DNA of 45,478 nt, taken from positions 1 through 45,478 of the forward strand of contig CAJWHW010000015.1 in NCBI GenBank assembly GCA_913040915.1, read 5' to 3'. The notes under the pieces were generated by a model. The model was not told the origin of the DNA and searched no databases. It worked only from the letters and a program-made list of their open reading frames with translations. The position numbers and the translations under genes were made by a program. Of the stretch, positions 21,885 through 31,431 are shown in pieces; the first letter of the stretch is position 1; each line of letters opens with the position of its first letter. The DNA is from an uncultured Fidelibacterota bacterium. Lineage in GTDB: Bacteria; Fidelibacterota; Marinisomatia; Marinisomatales; UBA1611.

Positions 21885-23645
21885 ATGTTAAAGCGAACAC
21901 ATACGAATGGAGAACTACGAAAATCTCATGTTGGGAAGGTAGTAAATTTAAATGGTTGGGTTAATACTGTCCGTCTTCATGGACAAGTAGTCTTTGTCGA
22001 CCTTCGAGATAGGTATGGAAAAACGCAAATTATATTTGATGCAGATATTTTTCCAGATGATTTAGAAGCTGTAAAAAAATTATCTATGGAAGATGTTCTG
22101 TCAGTGACAGGCACTGTACATGCTCGTTCTAAATCAGCTATGAATCCTAACATGGGAACCGGTGAAATTGAAGTTCTTGTGACGGATTATACTATGCTAA
22201 ATGAGGCGGCACCCTTACCTTTTGTTTTATCTGATCGGGACAAAGCTGAAGAAAATCTTCGTTTGAAATACCGCTATTTAGAATTAAGAATGGAGGAACT
22301 GCAAAAGAATATTCTAATCCGTCATAATACTTACCAAGCAACTCGCTCTTATTTATCTGAAAAAAAATTTGTTGAGGTTGAAACACCTTTTTTAATGCAA
22401 TCTACTCCGGAGGGTGCTCGAGATTATTTGGTACCTAGCCGTATTCATCAAGGCAAATTTTATGCCTTGCCACAATCACCCCAGATTTACAAACAAATAT
22501 TAATGATTTCCGGATATGATCGTTATTTCCAAATCGTAAAATGTTTTCGTGATGAAGATCTTAGAGCAGACCGTCAGCCTGAGTTTACTCAAATCGATAT
22601 TGAAATGTCCTTTGTGGATGAAGAAGATGTTTTCAAAAACATAGAAGGATTAACAGGGCATTTATTTAAAAAAATCCGAAATATAGATTTGCTCCAACCA
22701 TTTCACAGGCTCACTTATGCTGAAGCTATGGAAACTTATGGATCTGATAAACCAGATCTTCGCTATAATCTTAAATTAAAGGACGTGAAAGAATTCACGG
22801 ATGCATCAGATTTTAACGCATTCAAATCTGCTGAAAAAGTGAAAGGATTGGTGGTATCTGGTGGTGGCAAATATTCTCGAAAAACAATTGATGATTTTAC
22901 CGATTTTGTTAAAACACATAAGGCAAAAGGATTAGCTTGGATGAAAGGCGAAAATGGTCAATTTGAAGGTGGAATTTCCAAGTTTTTTCATGAAGGTCTT
23001 CAAAAACAAATGTTTGCCGACTTAGATGTAAATAATGGAGATATTTTATTCATGATTGGAGATTCTTCGGATATCACACTTAATGCATTGGGGCATCTCC
23101 GAACTAAAATTGCTAAACATGAAAGTTTGGCTGATCAAAATGAATTTAAGCCAGTTTGGGTGACAGAATTTCCCATGTTTGAATATGATGAAGATGCTGA
23201 GCGGTTTATCGCTATGCACCATCCATTCACTGCACCACGGCAACAAGATATCTCTTTGTTAGAGTCTGATCCATCCAATGCATTAAGCCGTGGATACGAT
23301 TTAACTATGAATGGTTATGAAATCGCGGGAGGATCAATTCGAATTCATTCACCAAAAGTGCAGGAAAAAGTATTTTCATTACTTGGATTAAGCCATGATG
23401 AAGCGGTGGAAAAGTTTGGATTTTTAGTGGAGGCATTAACCTATGGTGCCCCTCCTCATGGTGGCATCGCATTTGGATTTGATCGATTGGTTATGCTGTT
23501 AGCGGGGACAGAAAATATACGTGATGTAATTGCATTTCCTAAAACAACGACAGCAACATCAATCATGGACAAAAGCCCAAGCAATGTTTCTGAAGTTCAA
23601 TTAGATGAATTAGGAATTAAAATAAAAGGGAATGAAGAAAGATAA
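21885..23645 (+). CDS. aspS: Aspartate--tRNA ligase (possibly non-discriminating)
   Basis: STPEGARDYLVPSR, FRDEDLRADRQPEFTQ and GAPPHGGIAFGFDR. His in RLHGQ sits at a position associated with non-discriminating enzymes. Confidence 0.97.
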   Translation: MLKRTHTNGELRKSHVGKVVNLNGWVNTVRLHGQVVFVDLRDRYGKTQIIFDADIFPDDLEAVKKLSMEDVLSVTGTVHARSKSAMNPNMGTGEIEVLVTDYTMLNEAAPLPFVLSDRDKAEENLRLKYRYLELRMEELQKNILIRHNTYQATRSYLSEKKFVEVETPFLMQSTPEGARDYLVPSRIHQGKFYALPQSPQIYKQILMISGYDRYFQIVKCFRDEDLRADRQPEFTQIDIEMSFVDEEDVFKNIEGLTGHLFKKIRNIDLLQPFHRLTYAEAMETYGSDKPDLRYNLKLKDVKEFTDASDFNAFKSAEKVKGLVVSGGGKYSRKTIDDFTDFVKTHKAKGLAWMKGENGQFEGGISKFFHEGLQKQMFADLDVNNGDILFMIGDSSDITLNALGHLRTKIAKHESLADQNEFKPVWVTEFPMFEYDEDAERFIAMHHPFTAPRQQDISLLESDPSNALSRGYDLTMNGYEIAGGSIRIHSPKVQEKVFSLLGLSHDEAVEKFGFLVEALTYGAPPHGGIAFGFDRLVMLLAGTENIRDVIAFPKTTTATSIMDKSPSNVSEVQLDELGIKIKGNEER

Positions 23646-23655
23646 TAAGAAGTTA

Positions 23656-24120
23656 TCACATTTTTTCTGTTTGGTAATTTTCTAAACCAATTCTTTTGAT
23701 AAGATCCAACTGGGTCTCTAGCCAGTCAACATGCACTTCTTCATCTTCTAAAATTTTTTGAAATAAATCACGGGAAACATAATCATTTTTGGTTTCAGCA
23801 TATTCAACAGCTTCTTTCAAAAAAGGTATAGCGATCATTTCCAAGGCTAAATCACATTCCAATATTTCTTTCGTATCTTCTCCAATACGAAGATGACCTA
23901 TATCTTGTAAATTCGGAAGACCTTCTAAAAATAATATACGATTAATTACTTCATCTGCATGTTTCATTTCGTCAATTGATTCTTTATAAACTGCCGAATG
24001 AAGCTCTTTAAGTCCCCAGTTCTCAAACATTTTTGCATGACAGAAATACTGGTTAATCGCTGTAAGTTCATTTTTTAAAACACCATTAAGGTATTCAATT
24101 ACTTTTGGATCACCTTTCAT
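23656..24120 (-). CDS. bfr: Bacterioferritin
   Basis: Starts MKGDPKVI at 24120. [19 protein letters not shown] (heme Met and ferroxidase ligands) and [10 protein letters not shown]. Confidence 0.96.
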   Translation of the reverse strand: MKGDPKVIEYLNGVLKNELTAINQYFCHAKMFENWGLKELHSAVYKESIDEMKHADEVINRILFLEGLPNLQDIGHLRIGEDTKEILECDLALEMIAIPFLKEAVEYAETKNDYVSRDLFQKILEDEEVHVDWLETQLDLIKRIGLENYQTEKM

Positions 24121-24210
24121 AATTATCTCTATTGTAGTTAAAAATTTAACTAAATATAGGCTATTCAAGATGCAGGAAGCAACCGTAAGTTAAGTAATAT
24201 CAATACATAC

Positions 24211-24229
24211 GATAATGAGAATCAATTGC
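24211..24229. promoter_or_regulatory. Fur-box-like site upstream of bfr
   Basis: GATAATGAGAATCAATTGC matches 15/19 of GATAATGATAATCATTATC. Confidence 0.65.
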
Positions 24230-24250
24230 ATTTATTGCAATTAATCAAGT

Positions 24251-24466
24251 TTATTTTTTGGTAGTTCCTATTTTATTATATGAAAATTTTAGTAATTCTA
24301 CTGGATGTGTTTCTTCTAGGATAACTTTTTGTGCAGGTCCAATGCATTGTCCACATTTGTTCCCTAAACCAAAGTTTTTCTTTAAATCCGATAAGGAACC
24401 GCGACCGCATCGAGTTTCCTTACGAATGGTTTTATCATTTACACCATAGCATATACAAATATACAT
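24251..24466 (-). CDS. bfd: Bacterioferritin-associated [2Fe-2S] ferredoxin
   Basis: MYICICYGV...GNKCGQC; adjacent to bfr. Confidence 0.92.
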   Translation of the reverse strand: MYICICYGVNDKTIRKETRCGRGSLSDLKKNFGLGNKCGQCIGPAQKVILEETHPVELLKFSYNKIGTTKK

Positions 24467-24480
24467 AATCTAATATTAAT

Positions 24481-24499
24481 GCTAATGAGAATGAGTATC
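24481..24499. promoter_or_regulatory. Fur-box-like site upstream of bfd
   Basis: GCTAATGAGAATGAGTATC matches 15/19 of the Fur consensus, 15 bp from the bfd start. Confidence 0.7.
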
Positions 24500-24510
24500 A
24501 ATAATGATTA

Positions 24511-25227
24511 TTATTGTTCTGCTTTTATCTGTGATTTAATTAAATATAAAAACAATGCAGTTGAAATGCCAACAGCGCTGTATAGCATACACATAACCAT
24601 GATTTGATAGCGTACCGCAATTAAAGGTGAAACACCTGAAATAATTTGTCCTGTCATCATTCCTGGTAAAGATACCAGACCAACAGCAAATAAAGAATTA
24701 GTGATTGGGATCAATGCAGTACGAAGCGCAATTCCACGTGAACTAAAATAAGTACCACCTCGATCAATCTCTGAATGGAGTCTTTCCGCTGCTAAACTTA
24801 CTCCATTCATAGAACTGGCAAAGATCATCCCCGCCAAAGGGATCATATATTCAGGTAAAAACCATGGATTTAAATTTAACACAAATTGTGTTACGAGCAT
24901 TAATGTTAAGCTTCCTCCAACAAAAATTGAAATAAAAACATATTGGTAAATAGAATGTCTTTTTAAAGGTATTATCCTTAGGGCTATCCAACTGGCAGCA
25001 AAAATCATAATTGTTAAAATTCCAATTGTAACAATTGCATTTTCTGATTCAAAAATATAGGTGAGACAATAACCTATAAGGAGAAGTTGTAATAACATCC
25101 TTGCCATGGCATAAATAGCATTTTTCCAATCTAAAGACCAACTATATAATAGTCGAATTACTAAGCAGACTGGAATAAAAATGATGCTAAGTTGTATTAG
25201 CGATATATTTGTGATTGGTTCAGCCAT
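24511..25227 (-). CDS. fetB: UPF0014/FetB (YbbM)-like membrane permease
   Basis: RMLLQLLLIGY, YMIPLAGMI, VGLVSLPGMMTGQIISGVSP and AVRYQIMVM. Confidence 0.8.
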   Translation of the reverse strand: MAEPITNISLIQLSIIFIPVCLVIRLLYSWSLDWKNAIYAMARMLLQLLLIGYCLTYIFESENAIVTIGILTIMIFAASWIALRIIPLKRHSIYQYVFISIFVGGSLTLMLVTQFVLNLNPWFLPEYMIPLAGMIFASSMNGVSLAAERLHSEIDRGGTYFSSRGIALRTALIPITNSLFAVGLVSLPGMMTGQIISGVSPLIAVRYQIMVMCMLYSAVGISTALFLYLIKSQIKAEQ

Positions 25228-25260
25228 ACCTATAAAGAAAACGGATAAATTCTGGTTTAA

Positions 25261-25611
25261 TTATAATTTGATGCCAAATTTTCCCAAAATTATAATCATG
25301 ATCCAATAGCACCCCATCGTAATCAAAATAGAAATACCCATACTAATAAAAAAGTTGATTCCTGATTTTATAAGGATTGGTAAAACTATAAATAAAGTCA
25401 GAGATGGAATAATTAACCATAAAATACTTGTAGAAAGAGCGCTGACATTTTCAACATTTTTTGTTTCTAAGTATAGCCAAACCATTGAGAGTACTGAAAC
25501 CAGTGGAATGGATACAATTATTCCTCCCATTAATGTATCTTTTTTTGAAATTTCAGATACAATTATAATAATACCTGATGATATTAATAGTTTAATTAAA
25601 AATTGAATCAT
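25261..25611 (-). CDS. DUF3147-like small membrane protein
   Basis: KLLISSGIIIIVSEISKK..GGIIVSIPLVSVLSMVWLY; four TM helices. Confidence 0.72.
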   Translation of the reverse strand: MIQFLIKLLISSGIIIIVSEISKKDTLMGGIIVSIPLVSVLSMVWLYLETKNVENVSALSTSILWLIIPSLTLFIVLPILIKSGINFFISMGISILITMGCYWIMIIILGKFGIKL

Positions 25612-25649
25612 ATTTAGACTAACATATAAAAAAGGGCAATTTTAGATAA

Positions 25650-26270
25650 TTATTTGAATAATTTTCTCAATTGGCTCAAGCTATTTCGAACACAGATTTC
25701 AGTTGTTCTCTGTAGTTCAAGTCCACTATACCAATAAGAATTGTACCAGACAAGACTTCCGGAATCCTTTTCCTTCATTTTTAAAATGATTCCAACTCTG
25801 GCTTGTGTGTAATCAATCCTAGAACCCTCTCTTACAGAGCCTCCATCAGTTGTAGTTGATGTAGAAGTGGATGTTTCTGCTTTTTCCGTCGATATATCAG
25901 CATCAGTTGATTGGCTAATAGTTGTTTTTGATGATCCACGATCTACAATACGATAAGGAACTACAATAACTTCAGAATCAGTAAATTCTGTAATGATGCA
26001 GGATAATTCTAGTATACGAGGTTTTTGTCCTATATGAATCTCCGTATAACCTAAATCAGATTCGACAACATTAAATCCATTTTTTAAAAAATTATAGGTG
26101 ATAGTCGATTGAACTGTTTCCCCTGACCTAGGCGCGTAAGCATGATCTACAACATTTGTAAGTTCAATTATACCAACTTGCGAAAAATCAAAATACTCGT
26201 TTACAGCAGGTCCACGAGAACAGCTTACAAAAATTATAATAAAAAATAAAAATAAAATGAGTTTTTTCAA
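25650..26270 (-). CDS. Hypothetical lipoprotein
   Basis: MKKLILFLFFIIIFVSC lipoprotein signal; internal Ser/Thr-rich segment. Confidence 0.7.
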   Translation of the reverse strand: MKKLILFLFFIIIFVSCSRGPAVNEYFDFSQVGIIELTNVVDHAYAPRSGETVQSTITYNFLKNGFNVVESDLGYTEIHIGQKPRILELSCIITEFTDSEVIVVPYRIVDRGSSKTTISQSTDADISTEKAETSTSTSTTTDGGSVREGSRIDYTQARVGIILKMKEKDSGSLVWYNSYWYSGLELQRTTEICVRNSLSQLRKLFK

Positions 26271-26569
26271 TCAGAACTCAAGCTTTGAATATGAATCTTT
26301 GCTTCGCTGGATAATGATTCATCCACAGAATATTTCAGGCAGTTTTTCCAAGCAATAATTGCTTTGTCATTTTCATTTAAGGCTTCGTGTAGCAGTGCCT
26401 TTAGACGATAAATTTCAGGACTAGAACTATGAGTACTTTCTACATCCTTAAGATGTATCAGGGCTTCTTTATACATTCCAGCTTTCATAGCCGCAGATGC
26501 TTTTGCCATTTTATCTGGGTGCTCAGCAATAATAATAGAGAAAAAGATAAAAAGAATTAAAAATTTCAT
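26267..26569 (-). CDS. Small exported TPR-like protein
   Basis: Signal peptide; TPR-like helices (GMYKEALIHL, ENDKAIIAWKNCL). Confidence 0.65.
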   Translation of the reverse strand: MKFLILFIFFSIIIAEHPDKMAKASAAMKAGMYKEALIHLKDVESTHSSSPEIYRLKALLHEALNENDKAIIAWKNCLKYSVDESLSSEAKIHIQSLSSD

Positions 26570-26571
26570 GA

Positions 26572-26979
26572 TTAATGGCCTTCTTTTGACAATTGGTCAA
26601 TAGCACGGAGAACATCACGACGGCTAATTTGTCCAACTAGTTTCCTTCCCTTTGTTATTGGAAATCTCCGAAAACGAGATTTCATAAAACGATCTGCAAC
26701 ATTTGACAATGTTTCATTTATATCAATTGTAATTATTTTTCTTGACATATATTCTTTCACATGTCCACCAAGATTATTATAATACGAAGCTTCTATCAAC
26801 GTTCTCATGCAATCTTTTTCAGATAGGATACCCACTAATTCACCCTCTTCATCAACAACAGGAGCACCAGATATTTTGTTAGAAAGAAAAGATTCAATCG
26901 CAGTTTCAATTGGGGTATCAGGATTAAAAGTGATAAGGTTTTTAGCCATAAAATCATTGATGGAATATTGTATTTTCAT
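26572..26979 (-). CDS. CBS-pair domain protein
   Basis: ISGAPVVDEEGELVGILSEKD and FRRFPI..LVGQISRRDVL. Confidence 0.9.
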   Translation of the reverse strand: MKIQYSINDFMAKNLITFNPDTPIETAIESFLSNKISGAPVVDEEGELVGILSEKDCMRTLIEASYYNNLGGHVKEYMSRKIITIDINETLSNVADRFMKSRFRRFPITKGRKLVGQISRRDVLRAIDQLSKEGH

Positions 26980-27112
26980 TGGTGTTATCCTAAACAGCTT
27001 GAGTGAAAGTTAATTGCATGAATATCTAAAAACAAATGGCGTAAATACATGTATCCATTTGGAAGATTAAACGGAAATCTATTTTCTTTTCCTCAATTTT
27101 TATTGCAAATAA

Positions 27113-27976
27113 TTATTCAAACAATGAAGGCTCTTTTTCCAAGAGCATTTTCGCACGCTTCTTATAAAATAAGTTTTCAGATAATAATTCTGGATTCTTC
27201 ATTAAGTCCGTTTCTAGTACCGTTTTAAGTATTTTATGGAATTGTTCTCTGTTGCCTGCTTTTTGGTGATAAAATTCAGCCATGTGAACAGCGTTACCTA
27301 AAAATTCAGGATGGGATACCATTGCTTGTTTAAAATAGGTCTCGGATTGGGATAGCTCTACCCCTGGAATTCGGGTATACATGGAACCAAAAAATCGATA
27401 CGGTCCACTATAATAATATCCTGGGTCTAAAGAAATGATTCGGTGCATTATCACTTCAATTAATTCTCTATAGTTCATTCTTTCTAGGGCTGGTTTTGTA
27501 TTAAGATGGCGAACTAGATTTGTGGCCCACCAAAATAATCCAGGGACAACTGATTTAGGCGATTCAGCTAATGCGGAAATTAATTTAAAGGTGCTGTCTC
27601 CCTGAGAATGATTATAGATGGGTATAAAATCTGGGTGATTTAAAACTGCTTTCCTACAAACCTTCAAACCTTTTACGAATAATTCATCTTGTACTTTTTC
27701 ATCTATTTCAATGAACAAACCCTGTGTATATAAAATACGACTATAAAGTACTGATAATTCAAAATTATCGGGTCGTTGTTCATGTGCAAGGCTAATAAAA
27801 TGTTCTGCGTTGTCCAATGAGATTGAATCAGAGCGTTGTTCCCAATACTTTTTTCCTTTATCAATAAGATAATCAATATTTTGTTCCTTACTGGCACTAG
27901 GTATTCTAGTACCGCTACAGTCCAAAGAAAAAATCCCAGCGGAAATAATTATAAAACTAAATAATTTTTGTTTCAA
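27113..27976 (-). CDS. TatT-like (TPAT/TRAP-associated) helical probable lipoprotein
   Basis: Signal with Cys from TTG at 27976 (alternative start 28006). LFWWA, LDPGYYYSGPYRFFGSMYTRIPG, MAEFY and ENLFYKKRAKMLL resemble the TatT family. Confidence 0.6.
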   Translation of the reverse strand: MKQKLFSFIIISAGIFSLDCSGTRIPSASKEQNIDYLIDKGKKYWEQRSDSISLDNAEHFISLAHEQRPDNFELSVLYSRILYTQGLFIEIDEKVQDELFVKGLKVCRKAVLNHPDFIPIYNHSQGDSTFKLISALAESPKSVVPGLFWWATNLVRHLNTKPALERMNYRELIEVIMHRIISLDPGYYYSGPYRFFGSMYTRIPGVELSQSETYFKQAMVSHPEFLGNAVHMAEFYHQKAGNREQFHKILKTVLETDLMKNPELLSENLFYKKRAKMLLEKEPSLFE

Positions 27977-28034
27977 TTTAAAATGCTTCCTGTACCCTAA
28001 ATTCAACCAATGAAATTACAAATGACAAAATAAT

Positions 28035-29003
28035 ATGGAAAAGACCATTGAGCTAAAAATAATTGAACCTGCTGTATTACTGGGTGTGGCAGATTTAAAC
28101 GTAAAATTAATTGAGGCAGCAATTCCTGTTACAATTATTGTCAGAGGTGAAATGATCAAAATTCAAGGTGATAGTTTAGATGTAAAAAATGCCCATGAGG
28201 TTTTCCATGAAATGATGGAAACCTTAATGGCTAAAGGAAGTCTGACGACTAGAGATGTGCAAAATTTGATCACATTAGTCCTTTCTGATAATGGAAAGTC
28301 TACCACTGTAAACCATGTACCAGAAATTGTGATCCATTATGGGAGAAAAGGCGCTATAGTTCCTAAAACAAAAGGTCAGGAATCATATGTAAAGATGGTT
28401 CGCAACAATGATGTTGTTTTTAGTATAGGTCCGGCTGGGACTGGTAAAACATTTCTTGGTGTTGCATTTGCGGTTGCAGCATTGGAAAATCATGAAGTAG
28501 ATCGAATCATACTTTGCAGACCAGCTGTAGAAGCCGGAGAGAGTTTGGGGTTCCTACCTGGAGATTTAAAAGAAAAAGTAGATCCTTATCTAGCACCTCT
28601 TTATGATTCACTTGGAACAATGGTCGCAGAAAATAAACTGAAACAACTAATAGATAAAAAAATTATTGAGGTAATCCCTTTAGCTTACATGAGAGGGCGG
28701 ACTTTAGATAATTCCTATATGATCTTAGATGAAGCACAAAATGCTACTGTTATGCAGATGAAAATGTTTTTAACGCGTCTGGGAATTGGATCAAGGGCAA
28801 TTATTACAGGAGACATTACCCAGATTGATCTACAAAAACGTACAGATTCTGGATTAGTTCAGGTTACTCATATACTAAAAAATGTAGAAGGCATTGGTTT
28901 TGCAACTTTGGATTATAAAGATGTGGTACGTCATCCACTTGTGATGAAAATTATCAAGGCATATGATCAAAAAATCCAGAGCAAAGAAAAAAACCTTGAA
29001 TAA
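28035..29003 (+). CDS. phoH: PhoH family ATPase
   Basis: GPAGTGKT, RPAVEAGESLGFLPG, YMRGRT, LDEAQN and DVVRHPLV. Confidence 0.95.
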   Translation: MEKTIELKIIEPAVLLGVADLNVKLIEAAIPVTIIVRGEMIKIQGDSLDVKNAHEVFHEMMETLMAKGSLTTRDVQNLITLVLSDNGKSTTVNHVPEIVIHYGRKGAIVPKTKGQESYVKMVRNNDVVFSIGPAGTGKTFLGVAFAVAALENHEVDRIILCRPAVEAGESLGFLPGDLKEKVDPYLAPLYDSLGTMVAENKLKQLIDKKIIEVIPLAYMRGRTLDNSYMILDEAQNATVMQMKMFLTRLGIGSRAIITGDITQIDLQKRTDSGLVQVTHILKNVEGIGFATLDYKDVVRHPLVMKIIKAYDQKIQSKEKNLE

Positions 29004-29108
29004 ACAAAAGGTTTGATTGTAAAAATAACTTTTATCTAATGTCGGTAAATCTAAGATTTATTGCCTAATTTCTATTCTATTTTATAAAAGCTTTTTTTAA
29101 GGAAAACA

Positions 29109-30296
29109 ATGCAACAACAAACAGTAATTGTTGCGGCGAAACGGACTCCCGTCGGCGCATTTCAAGGTTGCTTATCTACTTTATCAGCTCCACATCTTGG
29201 AGCAGTTGCAATCAAAGCTGTTTTAAATGAAACAAATATAGATCTGGAAGAAGTAGATGAAGTTATCTTAGGTAATGTGTTATCTGCAGGGTTGGGCCAG
29301 GCACCGGCTAGACAGGCTGCCATTTATAGTGGTTTACCAAATAGTGTTGAAACTACCACAGTTAATAAAATGTGTGGTTCAGGTTTGAAAGCAGTTATGC
29401 TCGCGGATCAATCTATTCGAGGGTGTGATTCTCATATCGTAATAGCTGGTGGTATGGAAAGTATGTCTAATGCTCCTTATTTATTACCAAATGCACGTGG
29501 TGGTCAAAGATTAGGTCATGGAAAGATGATTGATAGTATGATCCATGATGGACTTTGGGATGCTTATAACAACAAACATATGGGGAATTGTGCAGAAATG
29601 TTGTGTTTGGATAGAAATTATACACGTGAATCTCAAGATGAATTTGCAATTACTTCATACAATCGAGCACTAACTGCATTAGAAGATGGGGTATTCATAA
29701 ATGAGATTACAACAATTGAAATTCCTCAGAAAAAAGGTGACTCTGTTATGATTTCTGAAGATGAAGAGCCTAGAAAAGTACGTTTTGAAAAAATCCCAAC
29801 TTTATTACCTGCTTTTGAAAAAAAAGGCGTTATTACTGCAGCCAATGCTTCTAAACTAAATGATGGTGCTGCAGTAGTTTTGGCTATGAGTGCTGAAAAA
29901 GCAAAAGAATTAGGGATCAAACCCTTAGTGAAAATTGTTGCACATGCTTCAGCAGCACATGAACCTGAATGGTTTGCCACTGCACCGGGAAAAGCAATAG
30001 ATAAAGTTCTAATCAAAGCTAATCTTAATGTCGACGACATTGACATTTGGGAAATCAATGAAGCATTTGCTGCAGTAACTATGGCTGCAATTGATGATTA
30101 TAACATTGATCCCGGAAAGGTAAATATTTACGGCGGCTCTATAGCAATTGGACACCCAATTGGTGCTTCTGGTGCAAGGGTTTTAACCACACTTATTAAT
30201 GGCCTGACAAGAAATCATAATTCAAAATACGGTTTGGCCACATTGTGTATTGGTGGAGGTGAAGCTTCAGCAATTATTGTGAAAAAATATGATTGA
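29109..30296 (+). CDS. Acetyl-CoA C-acyltransferase (thiolase)
   Basis: NKMCGSG, NEAF, GHPIGASG and CIGGGE. Confidence 0.95.
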   Translation: MQQQTVIVAAKRTPVGAFQGCLSTLSAPHLGAVAIKAVLNETNIDLEEVDEVILGNVLSAGLGQAPARQAAIYSGLPNSVETTTVNKMCGSGLKAVMLADQSIRGCDSHIVIAGGMESMSNAPYLLPNARGGQRLGHGKMIDSMIHDGLWDAYNNKHMGNCAEMLCLDRNYTRESQDEFAITSYNRALTALEDGVFINEITTIEIPQKKGDSVMISEDEEPRKVRFEKIPTLLPAFEKKGVITAANASKLNDGAAVVLAMSAEKAKELGIKPLVKIVAHASAAHEPEWFATAPGKAIDKVLIKANLNVDDIDIWEINEAFAAVTMAAIDDYNIDPGKVNIYGGSIAIGHPIGASGARVLTTLINGLTRNHNSKYGLATLCIGGGEASAIIVKKYD

Positions 30297-31431
30297 ATTT
30301 TCACTCACAAATGAACAGGAACTTATCCAAAAAATTTCACGGGAATTTTCCCAAGAACATTTGTTACCTGGTGTTATTGAACGGGATGAAAAAGCTATTT
30401 TCCCAATTGAGCAAGTAAAAATAATGGGTGAATTAGGATTTATGGGTATGATGGTTCCTGAGAAATGGGGAGGGTCTCAATTAGATACATTATCTTATGT
30501 TATCGCTATTGAAGAAATTGCTGCAGTAGAGTTAGCCACATCTACAGTAATGTCTGTAAATAATTCATTGGTTTGTCAATTGTTTATGGATTACGGAACA
30601 AAAGAACAGAAAGAGAAATATTTAAAACCTTTAGCCTATGGGAAAAAATTAGGTGCTTATAGCCTGAGTGAACCACAATCTGGTTCTGATGCAAGTAATA
30701 TGAAAACCTATGCGAAAAAAGAAGGTAATTATTATATTATTAATGGTACCAAAAACTGGGTTACCAATGGAATCAATAGTGATATAGTTATAATGTTCTG
30801 TATGACTAAAAAAGATATTGGTTATAAAGGAGTTACGGCTTTTGTTATAGAAAAAGATACACCGGGGCTTACCGTAGGTAGGAAGGAGGACAAATTGGGT
30901 ATCCGCGCTACTGATACCTGTGAACTTTATTTCGAGAATTGTAAAATTCCCCATAAAAACAGGATTGGGGGAGAAGGGCAAGGATTTAAAATTGCCATGA
31001 AGGTGTTGGGTGGTGGACGAATTGGTATAGCTGCCCAGGCCGTGGGATTAAGCAGAGCTGCATTAGATGCATCGGTATCTTTTGCAAAAGAAAGAAAACA
31101 ATTCGGTCAAACTATTGGTGAATTTGGTGCCATACAGAATAAATTGGCGAATATGGCCGTTGAGGTTGATGCTGCTCGGTTGTTAGTATGGCGAGCGGCG
31201 AAATTAAAGGATCAAGGAAAGGATTATCTACGTGAAAGTTCCATGGCAAAACTTTATGCATCTTCTACGGCAATGAAATGTGCCACCGATTGTGTTCAAA
31301 TTCATGGTGGGTATGGTTATATGCGAGAGTATGGTGTTGAACGACTTATGAGGGATGCAAAGATTACACAAATCTATGAGGGGACATCCGAAATCCAACA
31401 ACTTGTTATTGGAAGAGATTTATTAAAGTGA
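30289..31431 (+). CDS. Short/branched-chain acyl-CoA dehydrogenase
   Basis: LSEPQSGSDA, NGTKNWVTNG, RKQFG, QIHGGYGY and IYEGTSEIQ. Confidence 0.93.
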   Translation: MIEFSLTNEQELIQKISREFSQEHLLPGVIERDEKAIFPIEQVKIMGELGFMGMMVPEKWGGSQLDTLSYVIAIEEIAAVELATSTVMSVNNSLVCQLFMDYGTKEQKEKYLKPLAYGKKLGAYSLSEPQSGSDASNMKTYAKKEGNYYIINGTKNWVTNGINSDIVIMFCMTKKDIGYKGVTAFVIEKDTPGLTVGRKEDKLGIRATDTCELYFENCKIPHKNRIGGEGQGFKIAMKVLGGGRIGIAAQAVGLSRAALDASVSFAKERKQFGQTIGEFGAIQNKLANMAVEVDAARLLVWRAAKLKDQGKDYLRESSMAKLYASSTAMKCATDCVQIHGGYGYMREYGVERLMRDAKITQIYEGTSEIQQLVIGRDLLK

